Below, one piece after another: positions 9,327 to 19,346 of a DNA stretch of 64,000 nt; positions within the stretch are counted from its first letter, which is position 1, and the number at the start of each line of letters is the position of its first letter. Source of the DNA: an uncultured Actinomycetota bacterium (GTDB lineage: Bacteria; Actinomycetota; Actinomycetes; Actinomycetales; Dermatophilaceae). A model generated the notes under the pieces. The model did no database searches and had not been told where the DNA came from. It saw only the letters and a list, made by a program, of their open reading frames with translations. The stretch covers positions 406,984-470,983 of the forward strand of contig CAVQQQ010000003.1 of the NCBI GenBank assembly GCA_963715025.1, read 5' to 3'. The translations under genes were made by a program, and so were the position numbers.

Positions 9327-9779
9327 ATGGCCCTGGACAAGCACGACCTGCTGAGCATCGGCGAGGTGTCTTCACGCAGTGGTGTGGCGCCGTCGGCATT
9401 GCGCTACTACGAGTCCCTGGGACTGATCAGCTCGACACGCACGGCAGGCGACCGCCGCCGTTACCGCCGGGCAGTCCTCCGGCGGATCGCGGTGATCCGC
9501 GCGGCGCAGCGGGTCGGGCTCAGCCTCGAGCAGGTGCAGGAGTCGTTCTCTGGACTGGAGCCGGACGCCGCACCCACGAAGGCGCAGTGGTCCCGCATGT
9601 CCGCCGCCTGGCGGCCGCTTCTTCAGCAGCGCATCGCCGAGCTCGAGCAGGTGCGCGACAACCTCAACGGCTGTGTCGGCTGCGGCTGCCTCTCCATGCA
9701 GCAGTGCAGCCTCTACAACACCCAGGACTGGCTCTCCTCGACCGGCTCAGGTGCCCGCAGACAGTTCCCCCACAGCTGA
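9327..9779 (+). CDS. soxR: Redox-sensitive MerR-family regulator SoxR
   Basis: MerR HTH LSIGEVSSRSGVAPSALRYYESLGLI, plus the C-terminal CVGCGCLSMQQC four-Cys [2Fe-2S] motif characteristic of SoxR. Confidence 0.85.
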   Translation: MALDKHDLLSIGEVSSRSGVAPSALRYYESLGLISSTRTAGDRRRYRRAVLRRIAVIRAAQRVGLSLEQVQESFSGLEPDAAPTKAQWSRMSAAWRPLLQQRIAELEQVRDNLNGCVGCGCLSMQQCSLYNTQDWLSSTGSGARRQFPHS

Positions 9780-10388
9780 CAAGCCCTGCCCCTCGGCGAG
9801 GCTGCGGCGGTAGGCCAGGCACGCGGCATACTCCGGCAGCAAGCCCTGATCGCGCGCCTCGGCCAGCGTCGGCGCCGCGGCGTCTTTGGGCGACAGCAGC
9901 GGCTCGATGCTGGCGGGCAGGGGCAGAGCGAGCGCTGGGTCAAGCGGGTGTATGCCGTGCTCGCGCTCAGGCGCGTACGTCGCCGTGCAGAGATACAGGG
10001 CGGTCGAGCCGTCCTCGAGGGCGAACAGCGCGTGCCCCAGCCCCTCGGACAGGTAGACCGCTCGCCGGTCGACAGTGTCGAGCCGCACCACTTCGACCTG
10101 GCCGAACGTCGGCGAGCCCACCCGGAGGTCGACCACGAGGTCGAGGAAGGCGCCCCCGAGTGCCGTGACGTACTTGGCTTGTGAGGGCGGCACGTCGGCG
10201 AAGTGGATCCCGCGCAGCGTGCCCCGCGACGAGACCGAGATGTTGGTCTGGACGACGTCGGGCCGGTGCCCGATGACCTCGGCCAGCTGGTCGCCGCGGT
10301 ATCCCTCGAGGAACACTCCGCGGTCGTCACGCAGCTGCCGAGGCGTCACGGCCCAGGCGCCCTCGATGCCCAGAGGCGTGATCTCCAT
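9747..10388 (-). CDS. rmlC: dTDP-4-dehydrorhamnose 3,5-epimerase
   Basis: From ATG at 10388: [30 protein letters not shown]...SSRGTLRGIHFADVPPSQAKYV...VYLSEGLGHALFALEDGS. The start overlaps the rmlA stop (ATGA). Confidence 0.9.
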   Translation of the reverse strand: MEITPLGIEGAWAVTPRQLRDDRGVFLEGYRGDQLAEVIGHRPDVVQTNISVSSRGTLRGIHFADVPPSQAKYVTALGGAFLDLVVDLRVGSPTFGQVEVVRLDTVDRRAVYLSEGLGHALFALEDGSTALYLCTATYAPEREHGIHPLDPALALPLPASIEPLLSPKDAAAPTLAEARDQGLLPEYAACLAYRRSLAEGQGLSAVGELSAGT

Positions 10389-11266
10389 CAGACCGGCGCC
10401 CGGCGCTCGGCCAGCAGGCTTTGCAGGTAGTCCCCGTATCCGCTCTTGGCCAGCTCGCCGGCGAGCGCCTCCAGCTGGGCGTCGCTGATCCACCTGTTGC
10501 GCCAGGCGACCTCCTCGATGCAGCCGATCTTCTGGCCCTGGCGGGCCTCGATCACGTGCACGAACTGGCTGGCCGCCATCAGGTTCTCGAACGTCCCTGT
10601 GTCGAGCCACGCCGTGCCCCGTGGCAGGGGGGTCACCGTGAGCTGACCGCGCCTGAGGTACTCCTCGTTGACGGCGGTGATCTCCAGCTCGCCGCGGTCG
10701 CTGGGCTTGAGGTCACGGGCGATGTCGACGACGCCGTTGTCGTAGAAGTAGAGCCCTGGCACGGCGAAGGTCGACCTCGGGTGGATGGGCTTCTCCTCGA
10801 TGGAGAGGACCCGCCCGTCGGGGTCGAACTCGACCACGCCGTAGGCACTCGGCTCGGACACGCGGTAGGCGAAGATGCGGCCACCGACGACGTCGGTGTT
10901 CTCGCGCAGCCGCGTGCCGAGGCCCGGGCCGAAGAAGATGTTGTCGCCGAGGACCAGCGCCACCTTCTCGTCGCCGATGAAGTCGGCGCCCAGCACGAAG
11001 GCCTGGGCCAGCCCCTCCGGCCGCGGCTGCACGGCATACGAGATGTGCATCCCCCAGCGCGCACCGTCGCCGAGCAGCCGCTGGAACTGGGCAGCGTCCT
11101 GAGGGGTCGTGATCACCAGGATCTCCCGGATCCCCGCCATCATCAGCGTGGTGATCGGGTAGTAGACCATCGGCTTGTCGTAGATCGGCATCAGCTGCTT
11201 GCTGATGCCCTGGGTGATCGGGTGCAGCCGAGTCCCCGTTCCCCCGGCGAGGACGATTCCCTTCAT
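10388..11266 (-). CDS. rmlA: Glucose-1-phosphate thymidylyltransferase
   Basis: From ATG at 11266: [57 protein letters not shown]...LGDNIFFG...[11 protein letters not shown]. Confidence 0.93.
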   Translation of the reverse strand: MKGIVLAGGTGTRLHPITQGISKQLMPIYDKPMVYYPITTLMMAGIREILVITTPQDAAQFQRLLGDGARWGMHISYAVQPRPEGLAQAFVLGADFIGDEKVALVLGDNIFFGPGLGTRLRENTDVVGGRIFAYRVSEPSAYGVVEFDPDGRVLSIEEKPIHPRSTFAVPGLYFYDNGVVDIARDLKPSDRGELEITAVNEEYLRRGQLTVTPLPRGTAWLDTGTFENLMAASQFVHVIEARQGQKIGCIEEVAWRNRWISDAQLEALAGELAKSGYGDYLQSLLAERRAPV

Positions 11267-11357
11267 GGGGCCGAAGGCTACCGTGCCGCGCCCGGCTGCC
11301 AGCCGCCGGCGCGGGCCGTTCGATCCGGCGCCGCCGCCTCCTCTAGGCTCCTGCCAC

Positions 11358-12352
11358 ATGAGGCTTCTCGTGACCGGCGCGGCCGGGTTCATCGGCAGCA
11401 ACTACGTACGGCGTGTCGCTGACCGGCGCGTACCCGGGCCTCGCCGATGCCGAGATCACGGTGCTCGACAAGCTCACGTATGCCGGCAACCTGGCCAACC
11501 TGGATGCGGTCTCCGCCTCGCCGCGGTTCCGGTTCGTGCACGGCGACATTCTCGACGCCGGTCTGGTCGACGGGCTCATGTCCCGGACCGACCAGGTGGT
11601 GCACTTCGCCGCGGAGTCGCACGTCGACCGCTCGATCCTCGGCGCAGCCGACTTCGTCATGACCAACGTCGTCGGCACCCAGACCCTGCTCGACGCGGCG
11701 CTGCGGCACGGCATCGACGCCTTCGTCCACGTCTCCACCGACGAGGTCTACGGCTCGATCGAGGTCGGCTCGTGGCCCGAGAGCCACCCGCTCGAGCCGA
11801 ACTCGCCCTACTCGGCGTCGAAGGCCTCGTCCGACCTGCTCGCGCGGTCCTACCACCGCACCCACGGGCTGCCGGTACGCATCACCCGGTGCTCCAACAA
11901 CTACGGGCCCTACCACTTCCCCGAGAAGGTCATCCCGCTGTTCGTCACCAACCTGATCGACGGGCTCACGGTGCCGCTCTACGGCGACGGTGGCAACGTC
12001 CGCGACTGGCTGCACGTCGACGACCACTGCCGCGGCATCGAGCTGGTGCGAGCCGGGGGCCGCGACGGCGAGGTCTACAACATCGGCGGCGGCACCGAGC
12101 TGACCAACAAGGAGCTGACGGCTCGGCTGCTCGAGGCTTGCGGGGCCGACTGGTCTTCGGTCGAGCTCGGTGGAGGACCGCAAGGGCCACGACCGCCGCT
12201 ACTCGGTCGACATCTCGAAGATCCGCGCCGAGCTCGGCTACGAGCCCCAGGTGCCCTTCGACCGGGGGCTGGCCGACGTGGTGCAGTGGTATCGCGACCA
12301 CGAAGCCTGGTGGCGCCCGCTCAAGCAGCGCGCCGTCCTCCCCCAGGGGTGA
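11358..12352 (+). pseudogene. rmlB: dTDP-glucose 4,6-dehydratase with two net +1 frame breaks
   Basis: Three consecutive frames. (1) [20 protein letters not shown]. (2) LTGAYPGLADAEITVLDKLTYAGN...STDEVYG...YSASKASSDLLARSY...GADWSSVEL (ORF 11413..). (3) VEDRKGHDRRYSVDISKIRAELGYEP...WYRDHEAWW (ORF 12170..12352). The breaks lie near 11418 and 12167-12170. Confidence 0.85.
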
Positions 12353-12362
12353 TCGGTCCCGC

Positions 12363-13214
12363 ATGGCGAGGTGGCTGGTGACTGGCGGCAGCGGGATGCT
12401 CGCCCACGACCTCCAGCGCGCGCTGCTCGTGGCGGGTCACACGGCGAGCCTCGCGGCCCGGGCCGACCTCGACGTCACCGATCCGGCCGCCTGCGATGGG
12501 GCCGTCCCGGGGCATGACGTAGTGGTCAACGCAGCGGCGTGGACCGCCGTCGACGATGCCGAAACGCATGAGGCACAGGCCTTCGCGGTCAACGCCCAGG
12601 GAGCCGCCAACCTGGCGCGCGCCTGCCATGCGGCAGGAGTGCCACTCGTGCAGGTCAGCAGTGACTACGTCTTCCCAGGCGATGCGACGACGCCGTACGC
12701 CGTGGACGCGCCGACGGGGCCGCGCTCGGCCTACGGCCGCACCAAACTGGCCGGCGAGTGGGCCGTGCGGGCGCTCTGCCCCCGGTCATGGGTGGTCCGC
12801 ACCGCTTGGCTCTACGGCGCGGACGGGCCGAACTTCGTGCACACCATGGGACGCCTCGCCCGGGAGCGCGAGACCGTCTCCGTGGTCGCCGACCAGCGGG
12901 GCCAGCCCACCTGGACGCGTGACCTGGCGGACCTCATCGTGCGCCTGGTCGAGGCGGGGGCCGGCTACGGGATCCACCACGGCACGTCGTCGGGTTCCAC
13001 CACGTGGCACGGGCTGGCTGCGGAGGTCTTCGCCGGCCTCGGCCTGGACCCGGCCCGCGTCGAGCCGACGACCACGGACGCGTTCCCGCGCCCGGCCCAC
13101 CGGCCGGCATACAGCGTGCTCTCGCACGACTCGCTGCTCGCGGCCGGGGTGAGCCCCATCCGCGACTGGCGGGAAGCCCTGCGCGAGGCGCTCCCGACGG
13201 TCGTGCCTCAGTAG
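12363..13214 (+). CDS. rmlD: dTDP-4-dehydrorhamnose reductase
   Basis: From ATG at 12363: MARWLVTGGSGMLAHDL...VVNAAAWTAVDDAETHEAQAFAVNAQGAANLA...VQVSSDYVFPG...YGRTKLAGE. Confidence 0.9.
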   Translation: MARWLVTGGSGMLAHDLQRALLVAGHTASLAARADLDVTDPAACDGAVPGHDVVVNAAAWTAVDDAETHEAQAFAVNAQGAANLARACHAAGVPLVQVSSDYVFPGDATTPYAVDAPTGPRSAYGRTKLAGEWAVRALCPRSWVVRTAWLYGADGPNFVHTMGRLARERETVSVVADQRGQPTWTRDLADLIVRLVEAGAGYGIHHGTSSGSTTWHGLAAEVFAGLGLDPARVEPTTTDAFPRPAHRPAYSVLSHDSLLAAGVSPIRDWREALREALPTVVPQ

Positions 13215-14698
13215 GCCCCCCGCGAGCCGAGCACGGCCTGCAGGGTGCGCGCGAGGATCGCGAGGTCTTGCACCATGGACCAGTTGTCCACGTAGTAGAG
13301 GTCCAGGCGCACCGTTTCCTCCCACGAGAGGTCGGACCGGCCGGAGACCTGCCAGAGGCCGGTCATGCCCGGACGCACGCGCAGGCGCCGCATGACGTCG
13401 GAGTGGTACTGCTCCACCTCGTGCGGCAGCGGCGGCCGGGGCCCGACCAGGCTCATGTCGCCCTGCAGGACATTCCACAGCTGCGGCAGCTCGTCGAGGG
13501 AGAAGCGACGGATGATCCGGCCGGGACGGGTGACGCGGGGGTCCTCGACCATCTTGAACATGACGGAGTTGTCCTCGCGCAGTGCGTTGAGGGCATCCAG
13601 CCGCTGCTCGGCGTTGACCTCCATGCTGCGGAACTTGAGGCACTCGAACTCCCGGCCGTCGCGGCCCACCCGGGTCTGGCGGAAGATCACGGGGCCTCCG
13701 TCGTGGAGCCGCACGGCCAAGGCCACGGCCAACAGCAGGGGCGAGGCGAACACCAGCAGGGCACCCGAGCCGAGGACGTCGAAACTGCGCTTGAGCCAGC
13801 GGCCCGCCTGCTGACTCTGGGGGCGCTCGAGGTGCACCAGCGGCAGTCCCGCCACCGGGCGCACCCGGATGCGGTCCTCGGACACGTCGGTGAGGCTGGG
13901 CACGACGATGACCTGGACGTGCCGCTCCTCCAGCTGCCACACCGCGCGGCGGAAGTCGGCTGCCGTGGCGAAGGCACCTGACGCGAAGATGACCACATCG
14001 GCCTTGGCCGCAAGCAGGGCCTCGACAAGACCCGAAGGGCGGCCGATCACCGACACGCCGCCCGGCGTCAGGCCGTTGGGAACCGGCGCCGGGGTGAGAG
14101 CGCCCACCATCTCGTATCCGAGCCAAGCCTCCCGGTCAATGACCGAGGCCACCTCGTCGACGTGCTGGGGAGATCCAGCGATAACGACTCGGGACAGCAG
14201 GTGCCCACGCGTGCGCAGGGCGTGCAGCGTCCGCCGAAGAGCGTACCGGCCGAGGATCAGGCAGGGTGGGCCGATCACGAACAAGAGGACGAAGAAACCG
14301 CGGGACAGCTGGAACTTGGCGAGATAGGACACGATGCCGATCAGGCCGGCCGTCGCCGCCGAGGCGGAGAGGACCCGCTTGTACTCCAGGGTGCCGGCAC
14401 CGAGGTGGCGCGGAGCATACGCACCGGAGAGGGCGAGCACGACGAGCCATGCCGCCACGAGGTAGGCGCCGACGAGCTTGACCACCTGGTTGACGTCGAC
14501 AGCCTCGTCAAAGAAGGACAGGTGGACGCGGCCGGCGGCGGCCACAACGGCGCTGACCGAGACGATCACCAGATCTGCTGCCACGATCGCCAGCGGCAGA
14601 AGGCGTGCTTGGCCCAGCTGGTATGGCTGACGAGTCGCGGCGTCACGAACGCTGACGGGTCCGCCGACGTCAGTGCGTGTTGGGTTCAGCAAGCCCAT
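13208..14698 (-). CDS. Polyprenyl-phosphate sugar-1-phosphate transferase (WbaP/exopolysaccharide priming type)
   Basis: 496 aa with N-terminal TM segments. The C-terminal bacterial sugar transferase domain includes KRSFDVLGSGALLVFASPLLL, FRQTRVGRDGREFECLKFRSM, LDELPQLWNVLQGDMSLVGPRPPLPHE and GMTGLWQVSGRSDLSWEE. Confidence 0.9.
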   Translation of the reverse strand: MGLLNPTRTDVGGPVSVRDAATRQPYQLGQARLLPLAIVAADLVIVSVSAVVAAAGRVHLSFFDEAVDVNQVVKLVGAYLVAAWLVVLALSGAYAPRHLGAGTLEYKRVLSASAATAGLIGIVSYLAKFQLSRGFFVLLFVIGPPCLILGRYALRRTLHALRTRGHLLSRVVIAGSPQHVDEVASVIDREAWLGYEMVGALTPAPVPNGLTPGGVSVIGRPSGLVEALLAAKADVVIFASGAFATAADFRRAVWQLEERHVQVIVVPSLTDVSEDRIRVRPVAGLPLVHLERPQSQQAGRWLKRSFDVLGSGALLVFASPLLLAVALAVRLHDGGPVIFRQTRVGRDGREFECLKFRSMEVNAEQRLDALNALREDNSVMFKMVEDPRVTRPGRIIRRFSLDELPQLWNVLQGDMSLVGPRPPLPHEVEQYHSDVMRRLRVRPGMTGLWQVSGRSDLSWEETVRLDLYYVDNWSMVQDLAILARTLQAVLGSRGAY

Positions 14699-14879
14699 GA
14701 TGCCCCTCTCCGCGCCAGCGCTCTGCGGGAGACTTCGACCTCCTCCCCCGAGGAAGGTCGGGCCCCCGATGTGTCCGGGTGACAGTATGGCCCGGCTGCG
14801 GAGTGCTACTGGGCCCGTTTATGGGAAATCAGGCATCAATGCGAGCCGAACGGACGATGCCGCCCCCGAAGCGGTCGAG

Positions 14880-16097
14880 TCACGACTCCCAAAGCGCCCA
14901 TACTTCCTCGCGCACCCTGCGCTGGAAGCGCTCCTCGCTGAACCTCTCCGTATGCCGTCTGATGGCTTCCGCATCCCACACCGTCGCTCGGTCGCCGTTC
15001 ACGGCGGCGGAGATCGCAGCCGGCGTGGGCTCGTCGAAGAACGTGCCGTTGATGCCCTCGATGACGGTGTCGAGGTAACCCCCACCGCGCAGGGCCAGCG
15101 TCGGCTTTCCGAACGCGCCCGCCTCCAGCGGGGTGAGGCCGAAGTCCTCGAGGCTCGGCGCGATGAGGGCCGTGGCATGGGCGTAGACCCAGCGCAGCTG
15201 GGCGTCATCGAGGTTGGACACAAGGCGGACGTTGTCGGGGAGTTCGGCGCGCAGCTGCGCGGCCAAAGGCCCGGTTCCGACGAGCACGAGGCGCTGATCG
15301 AGATCGCGGAACGCCGCCACCACCTGCTGGACGTTCTTGTACGGCAGCAGCCGTGAGACCACGAGGTAGTAGCCCTCGTCCGCCCAAATCGCAACGGCAG
15401 GAACGGCGCTCTGCGGGGCGGCGGTGTCGACGCTGTGCGGGGGAAAGACGACTGGCGCCTCGATGCCGTAGGCATCGCGGATGCGCTCGCGCACTACGGT
15501 GGAGTTGGCGAGGTATTGGTCGGCGCGCCGTGCGGCGCGGCGATCCCAGCGCATCAGCCAGGGGCGAAGCGCCATCAGAGCCAGACCCTTGTGGGATCGG
15601 GACGGGCTGCTGCCGAGGTAGGCCTCGGGCTGGTACAGCCAGCGGGCCGGCGCGTGGCAGTAGACGAGGGTGCGCCCGCTCTCGGGGAAGCCGTGAGCCC
15701 AGCCGCTGCTGGACGCCACCACGATGTCCTGAGGGATGCGGAAGGAGCGAGCGGCAAGCGGCAGCAGCGGAAGTGCGGCCCGGTGGTTCCGCCGTAGGAG
15801 GCCGATCCGGTTGATCGGCGAGACCACCACCGTGGCGTCGCGGAACTCTGGGTAGGTGCCGTCGGGGTCATAGAGGGTCGTGTAGACCGGCGCGTCCGGG
15901 AAGGCCCGCAGCAGGGCCAGGACGACCCGCTCCGCCCCGCCCCTCTGCGTGAGGTAGTCGTGCGCGATCGCAACTGAGGGCGCTCGGGCCCGCCCGTCCA
16001 GCGAGGAGCCCGCACGCGAAGGCCTAACACTGACCCCCTGATCGGGGTTCGGCGTCGATTTCGGGCCCTCGAGACGGCCCGTCCACTGCCCGCGCAT
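14880..16097 (-). CDS. Glycosyltransferase family 4
   Basis: VAIAHDYLTQRGGAERVVLALLRAF... with the C-terminal GT-B signature LIAPSLEDFGLTPLEAGAFGKP. The start is either ATG at 16097 (4 nt after the upstream stop) or TTG at 16124. Confidence 0.8.
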   Translation of the reverse strand: MRGQWTGRLEGPKSTPNPDQGVSVRPSRAGSSLDGRARAPSVAIAHDYLTQRGGAERVVLALLRAFPDAPVYTTLYDPDGTYPEFRDATVVVSPINRIGLLRRNHRAALPLLPLAARSFRIPQDIVVASSSGWAHGFPESGRTLVYCHAPARWLYQPEAYLGSSPSRSHKGLALMALRPWLMRWDRRAARRADQYLANSTVVRERIRDAYGIEAPVVFPPHSVDTAAPQSAVPAVAIWADEGYYLVVSRLLPYKNVQQVVAAFRDLDQRLVLVGTGPLAAQLRAELPDNVRLVSNLDDAQLRWVYAHATALIAPSLEDFGLTPLEAGAFGKPTLALRGGGYLDTVIEGINGTFFDEPTPAAISAAVNGDRATVWDAEAIRRHTERFSEERFQRRVREEVWALWES

Positions 16098-16101
16098 CGC
16101 T

Positions 16102-16809
16102 TCAGGGCCCGGGCTTCTGGGCAACCATCACGACCAGCGGTCCCAGCGTTTCCCTGGTACGCGCGATCCGGTCCAGACCCTTCTTGAACTGACGGCGCAC
16201 TGCCGAGTCGTCGTCGACGTGGAAGTGGCGGCTCGTTCGGTAGACGATGTCGAGACCCGCAAGGCCCATCGCCTGTTCCACTTCCGAGAACAGGTACTCG
16301 CGCGCATGCCGCGCGTGGGGCACGCCGCCGATCCAGTCGTGAAGCGGCGTGTAGACGGACCTGCCCCGCGCCAGGCGAACACGGTTCATGAGATAGGCGG
16401 CGTTGGGCGTCGTGAAGAAGAGGTAGCCGCCGGGCCGCAGAATCCGCGCACACTCGTGCAGCGAGCGCACCGGGTAGTCCCTCAGATGCTCAAACACCTC
16501 GGTGAAGACGACACCGTCGTAGGCGCCGTCATCCAGGGGATAGGGCGCCTGCTCGAGGTCCCATTCGACGAAGGCCACGCCGTGTTCCTCGAGCAGCGCG
16601 CGCATCCTCCCCTCCGTGCCGTCGGCCCACCCGTCGGAGGCCACGCCGATGTCCACGGCCGTCGCGGCATACCCGCGATCGGCGAGAGCCGCGATCTGGT
16701 CCCCCGGAGCGGCTCCGAGCTCGACGATGCGGGCCGGTGGGGAGAGCCGCTGTCCGATCAACTGGTTGAGGAACGCATAGCGTGCCTGCGCGGTGACGTG
16801 CAGCGACAT
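16102..16809 (-). CDS. Class I SAM-dependent methyltransferase
   Basis: From ATG at 16809: ...ARIVELGAAPGDQIAALADRGYAATAVDIG (SAM motif I), DGVVFTEVFEHL, LRPGGYLFFTTPN. Confidence 0.8.
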   Translation of the reverse strand: MSLHVTAQARYAFLNQLIGQRLSPPARIVELGAAPGDQIAALADRGYAATAVDIGVASDGWADGTEGRMRALLEEHGVAFVEWDLEQAPYPLDDGAYDGVVFTEVFEHLRDYPVRSLHECARILRPGGYLFFTTPNAAYLMNRVRLARGRSVYTPLHDWIGGVPHARHAREYLFSEVEQAMGLAGLDIVYRTSRHFHVDDDSAVRRQFKKGLDRIARTRETLGPLVVMVAQKPGP

Positions 16810-16890
16810 GGCTCGCAGCGTAACAACGCCCCACCCCGGAACAGCACTGCGGTCGTCGTTACCATCCTCGGCATCGAAGGAGAGGCGTTC

Positions 16891-18006
16891 ATGAGGGTCG
16901 GCATCAACGTGGCGCTGAGGGGAACCGGAGGCGGCTATCGCCAGACGGGAGTGAGCCGGTACATCAGCGAGCTGGTTGCCGCGCTGCCACGGGCCATGGC
17001 CGCAGATGACGAGCTCGCAGTGCTGGGCGCCGCCTCCCGCAGACTGTCGCAGTCGGCTCCGAGCCGGATCGTCTGGGAGCAGACCGTGCTGCCGGCCCTG
17101 GCCGCACGCCGGCGGCTGGACGTCCTCCACGGCCCCGTCAACGTCGTCCCGTTCCTGGGTACTGTCCCGAGCGTCGTAACCGTGCACGACCTCGCCTTTG
17201 TCCGCTATCCCGACCACCTGACGGCCAGGCGCAGGGCCTGGCTCGTCGCGGCTACCCGGCGCAGCGCCAGGTCGGCAGCACGAGTCATCGCGGTCTCGAG
17301 AAGCACGGCCGACGACCTGTGCGACTGGATGAACCTCCCGAGAGAGCGAGTCTCCGTGGTGCCCCTGGCGCCGTCCCCGGGCGTGGCCCCGCTCACGGGC
17401 GAGGCCCTCGACCAGTTTCGCCTGGAGCAGGCCATCACCGCCCCGTACGTCCTCGCGGTGGGCACCCTCGAGCCACGCAAGAACCTCCCCACGCTCCTGC
17501 GCGCCTTCGCGCGGGCGGCAGCCACCATCCCCCATCAGCTGGTCCTGGTCGGGCCGCAGGGCTGGCTGAGTGGCGAGCTCCGGCGGACCATCGCTGAAGT
17601 CGACTTGGGCGACCGCCTTCGCATGACCGGCTTCGTCTCTGACGCCGCGCTGGGCGGCTGGTATTCGGGTGCCGATCTGTTCGCGTTTCCCTCCCATTAC
17701 GAGGGCTTCGGATTGCCATCGATCGAGGCGATGCGGTGCGGCGCCCCCGTACTCGCATCCAGCTCTTCCTGCTTTCCCGAGATCGTCGGCGATGCCGGCG
17801 TCCTGGTCAGCCCGGATGAGGTCGATGCCTGGGCCGACGCCCTGATCTCGCTGCTCAGCGATCGCTCCCGGCTGGAGAGCATGCGACAGGGCGGATACGC
17901 GCGCGCCGAGCGATTCACCTGGTCGCGCACTGCGGCCGAAACCTACTCCGTCTACAGAGATGTTGCCGGCGGTCGAGACGCGGCCGGCGCTCCGCCCCGG
18001 CGCTAG
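16891..18006 (+). CDS. Glycosyltransferase family 4
   Basis: ATG at 16891 with GAAGGAGAGG upstream. Motifs: VTVHDLAFVRYP, VLAVGTLEPRKN, FAFPSHYEGFGLPSIEAMRCGAPVLAS (EX7E). Confidence 0.85.
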   Translation: MRVGINVALRGTGGGYRQTGVSRYISELVAALPRAMAADDELAVLGAASRRLSQSAPSRIVWEQTVLPALAARRRLDVLHGPVNVVPFLGTVPSVVTVHDLAFVRYPDHLTARRRAWLVAATRRSARSAARVIAVSRSTADDLCDWMNLPRERVSVVPLAPSPGVAPLTGEALDQFRLEQAITAPYVLAVGTLEPRKNLPTLLRAFARAAATIPHQLVLVGPQGWLSGELRRTIAEVDLGDRLRMTGFVSDAALGGWYSGADLFAFPSHYEGFGLPSIEAMRCGAPVLASSSSCFPEIVGDAGVLVSPDEVDAWADALISLLSDRSRLESMRQGGYARAERFTWSRTAAETYSVYRDVAGGRDAAGAPPRR

Positions 18007-18029
18007 GGCTCTGGGCTACGGTTCTGGGC

Positions 18030-19346
18030 GTGCACACAGGGACCGGGCTTCCTGTCCCTTCGGGCCAGGGCGCGAGGAGACTGGGGGTTGCCCCTCCATG
18101 GGGATGGGTGGCCCTGCTGGCCATGGCTCTGGGCGGGGCCCTGGTGGCGACAGTGCCGCCGGGACAGCCCTACGACGAGCCTGCCCACTGGGCCAACGTG
18201 CTCTTCTACCTTCAGCACCATCGAATGCCCATCCTGGGTGAGCCGGGAGTGCTCTACGAGGCGCAGATGGGACCGATCTACTACGGTGCCTCCGCCCTCA
18301 TCCTCGCCGTCGCCGGCCTGGGCTCCGACGAGACCGGCTTCTATGCACTGAGGGTGCTCTGGCTAGGTCTCTTGCCGATTCTCGCGCTGCTGTCCTACCG
18401 CTTGGGACTGGCCCTTGCGGGCCGCCGCGCACCGGCCCTGTTCGCTGCGGCTCTCGTGGCTCTGAACCCCCTCGTCCTGGCGATGTCGGCGTCCGTCCAG
18501 AACGACGTTTTGTGCATGGTCGTGGCCGCCGCAGCATCGCTTCTGGCAGTCCGCGTGCTCCGAGACACGAATTCCCCCCTGCGGGCACACGTCCTGGTCG
18601 GCGGGCTCATGGGCGTCGCGATGCTCACCAAGGTGTTCGCCCTCGGGCTGGGAGTTGGACTGCTCATCGCGTATGCCGTGGACACGCGCCTCCCGCGCTG
18701 GGACCGGGCTCGACGAGCGCTGGCTGCCATATCGGCAATGGCCGTTGTCTCAGGGTGGTGGTTCGTCCGGAATGCTGTCCTCTACGGCGACCCCACCGGA
18801 CAGGCGGGGGTGTCCGCCGCTGGCTATCGCTTTCCCGCGCTTCGCTTCACCGGAGCAGGTTCGATCTTGGCGTGGGGCCAGTCCTTGGTCTCATACACCT
18901 ATGCGCCGACCGAGTACTTTCGCAATTCGGTGAATGCCCCGACCTGGCTGGAGACAGCGGCAGTGGCGAGCGCTCTTGGGATTGCGCTCGCTCTCCTCTT
19001 GCGCTCCTGGCGCTCGCGGACTGTGCAAACGTGGCGCCCTCGCAGAGCTCCCATGACAAGCATCAAGGACGATCCTGGCGTCGTCTTTGCCCTGGCGGCG
19101 ATCGTGGTGGTGTTCGCCGGCTACGCCGCCCTCGTCTGGACCAGCCAGGGGATCGCACCGCGCCTGGCATTTGTCGCGGCGCCGCTCGCCTCGGCCATGC
19201 TCGTCCGGAGCATGGACACGCTTGCCGGGCATGTTGCGCTCGGCACAGCCCTTGCCGTCTTTGTCGCGTCGCACATGTGGCTGGCGAGCTCCGTGGCCGG
19301 GTTGCCGCATATGCCGTATTGGATCTTCGGAGCACCCCATGGCTGA
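18030..19346 (+). CDS. Polytopic membrane protein, GT-C-fold-like (DUF2142/ArnT/PMT-like) candidate glycosyltransferase or polymerase
   Basis: 438 aa with many hydrophobic helices. A YDEPAHW loop motif follows the first TM helix, as in lipid-carrier-dependent GT-C enzymes. The assignment is by resemblance only. Confidence 0.5.
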   Translation: MHTGTGLPVPSGQGARRLGVAPPWGWVALLAMALGGALVATVPPGQPYDEPAHWANVLFYLQHHRMPILGEPGVLYEAQMGPIYYGASALILAVAGLGSDETGFYALRVLWLGLLPILALLSYRLGLALAGRRAPALFAAALVALNPLVLAMSASVQNDVLCMVVAAAASLLAVRVLRDTNSPLRAHVLVGGLMGVAMLTKVFALGLGVGLLIAYAVDTRLPRWDRARRALAAISAMAVVSGWWFVRNAVLYGDPTGQAGVSAAGYRFPALRFTGAGSILAWGQSLVSYTYAPTEYFRNSVNAPTWLETAAVASALGIALALLLRSWRSRTVQTWRPRRAPMTSIKDDPGVVFALAAIVVVFAGYAALVWTSQGIAPRLAFVAAPLASAMLVRSMDTLAGHVALGTALAVFVASHMWLASSVAGLPHMPYWIFGAPHG

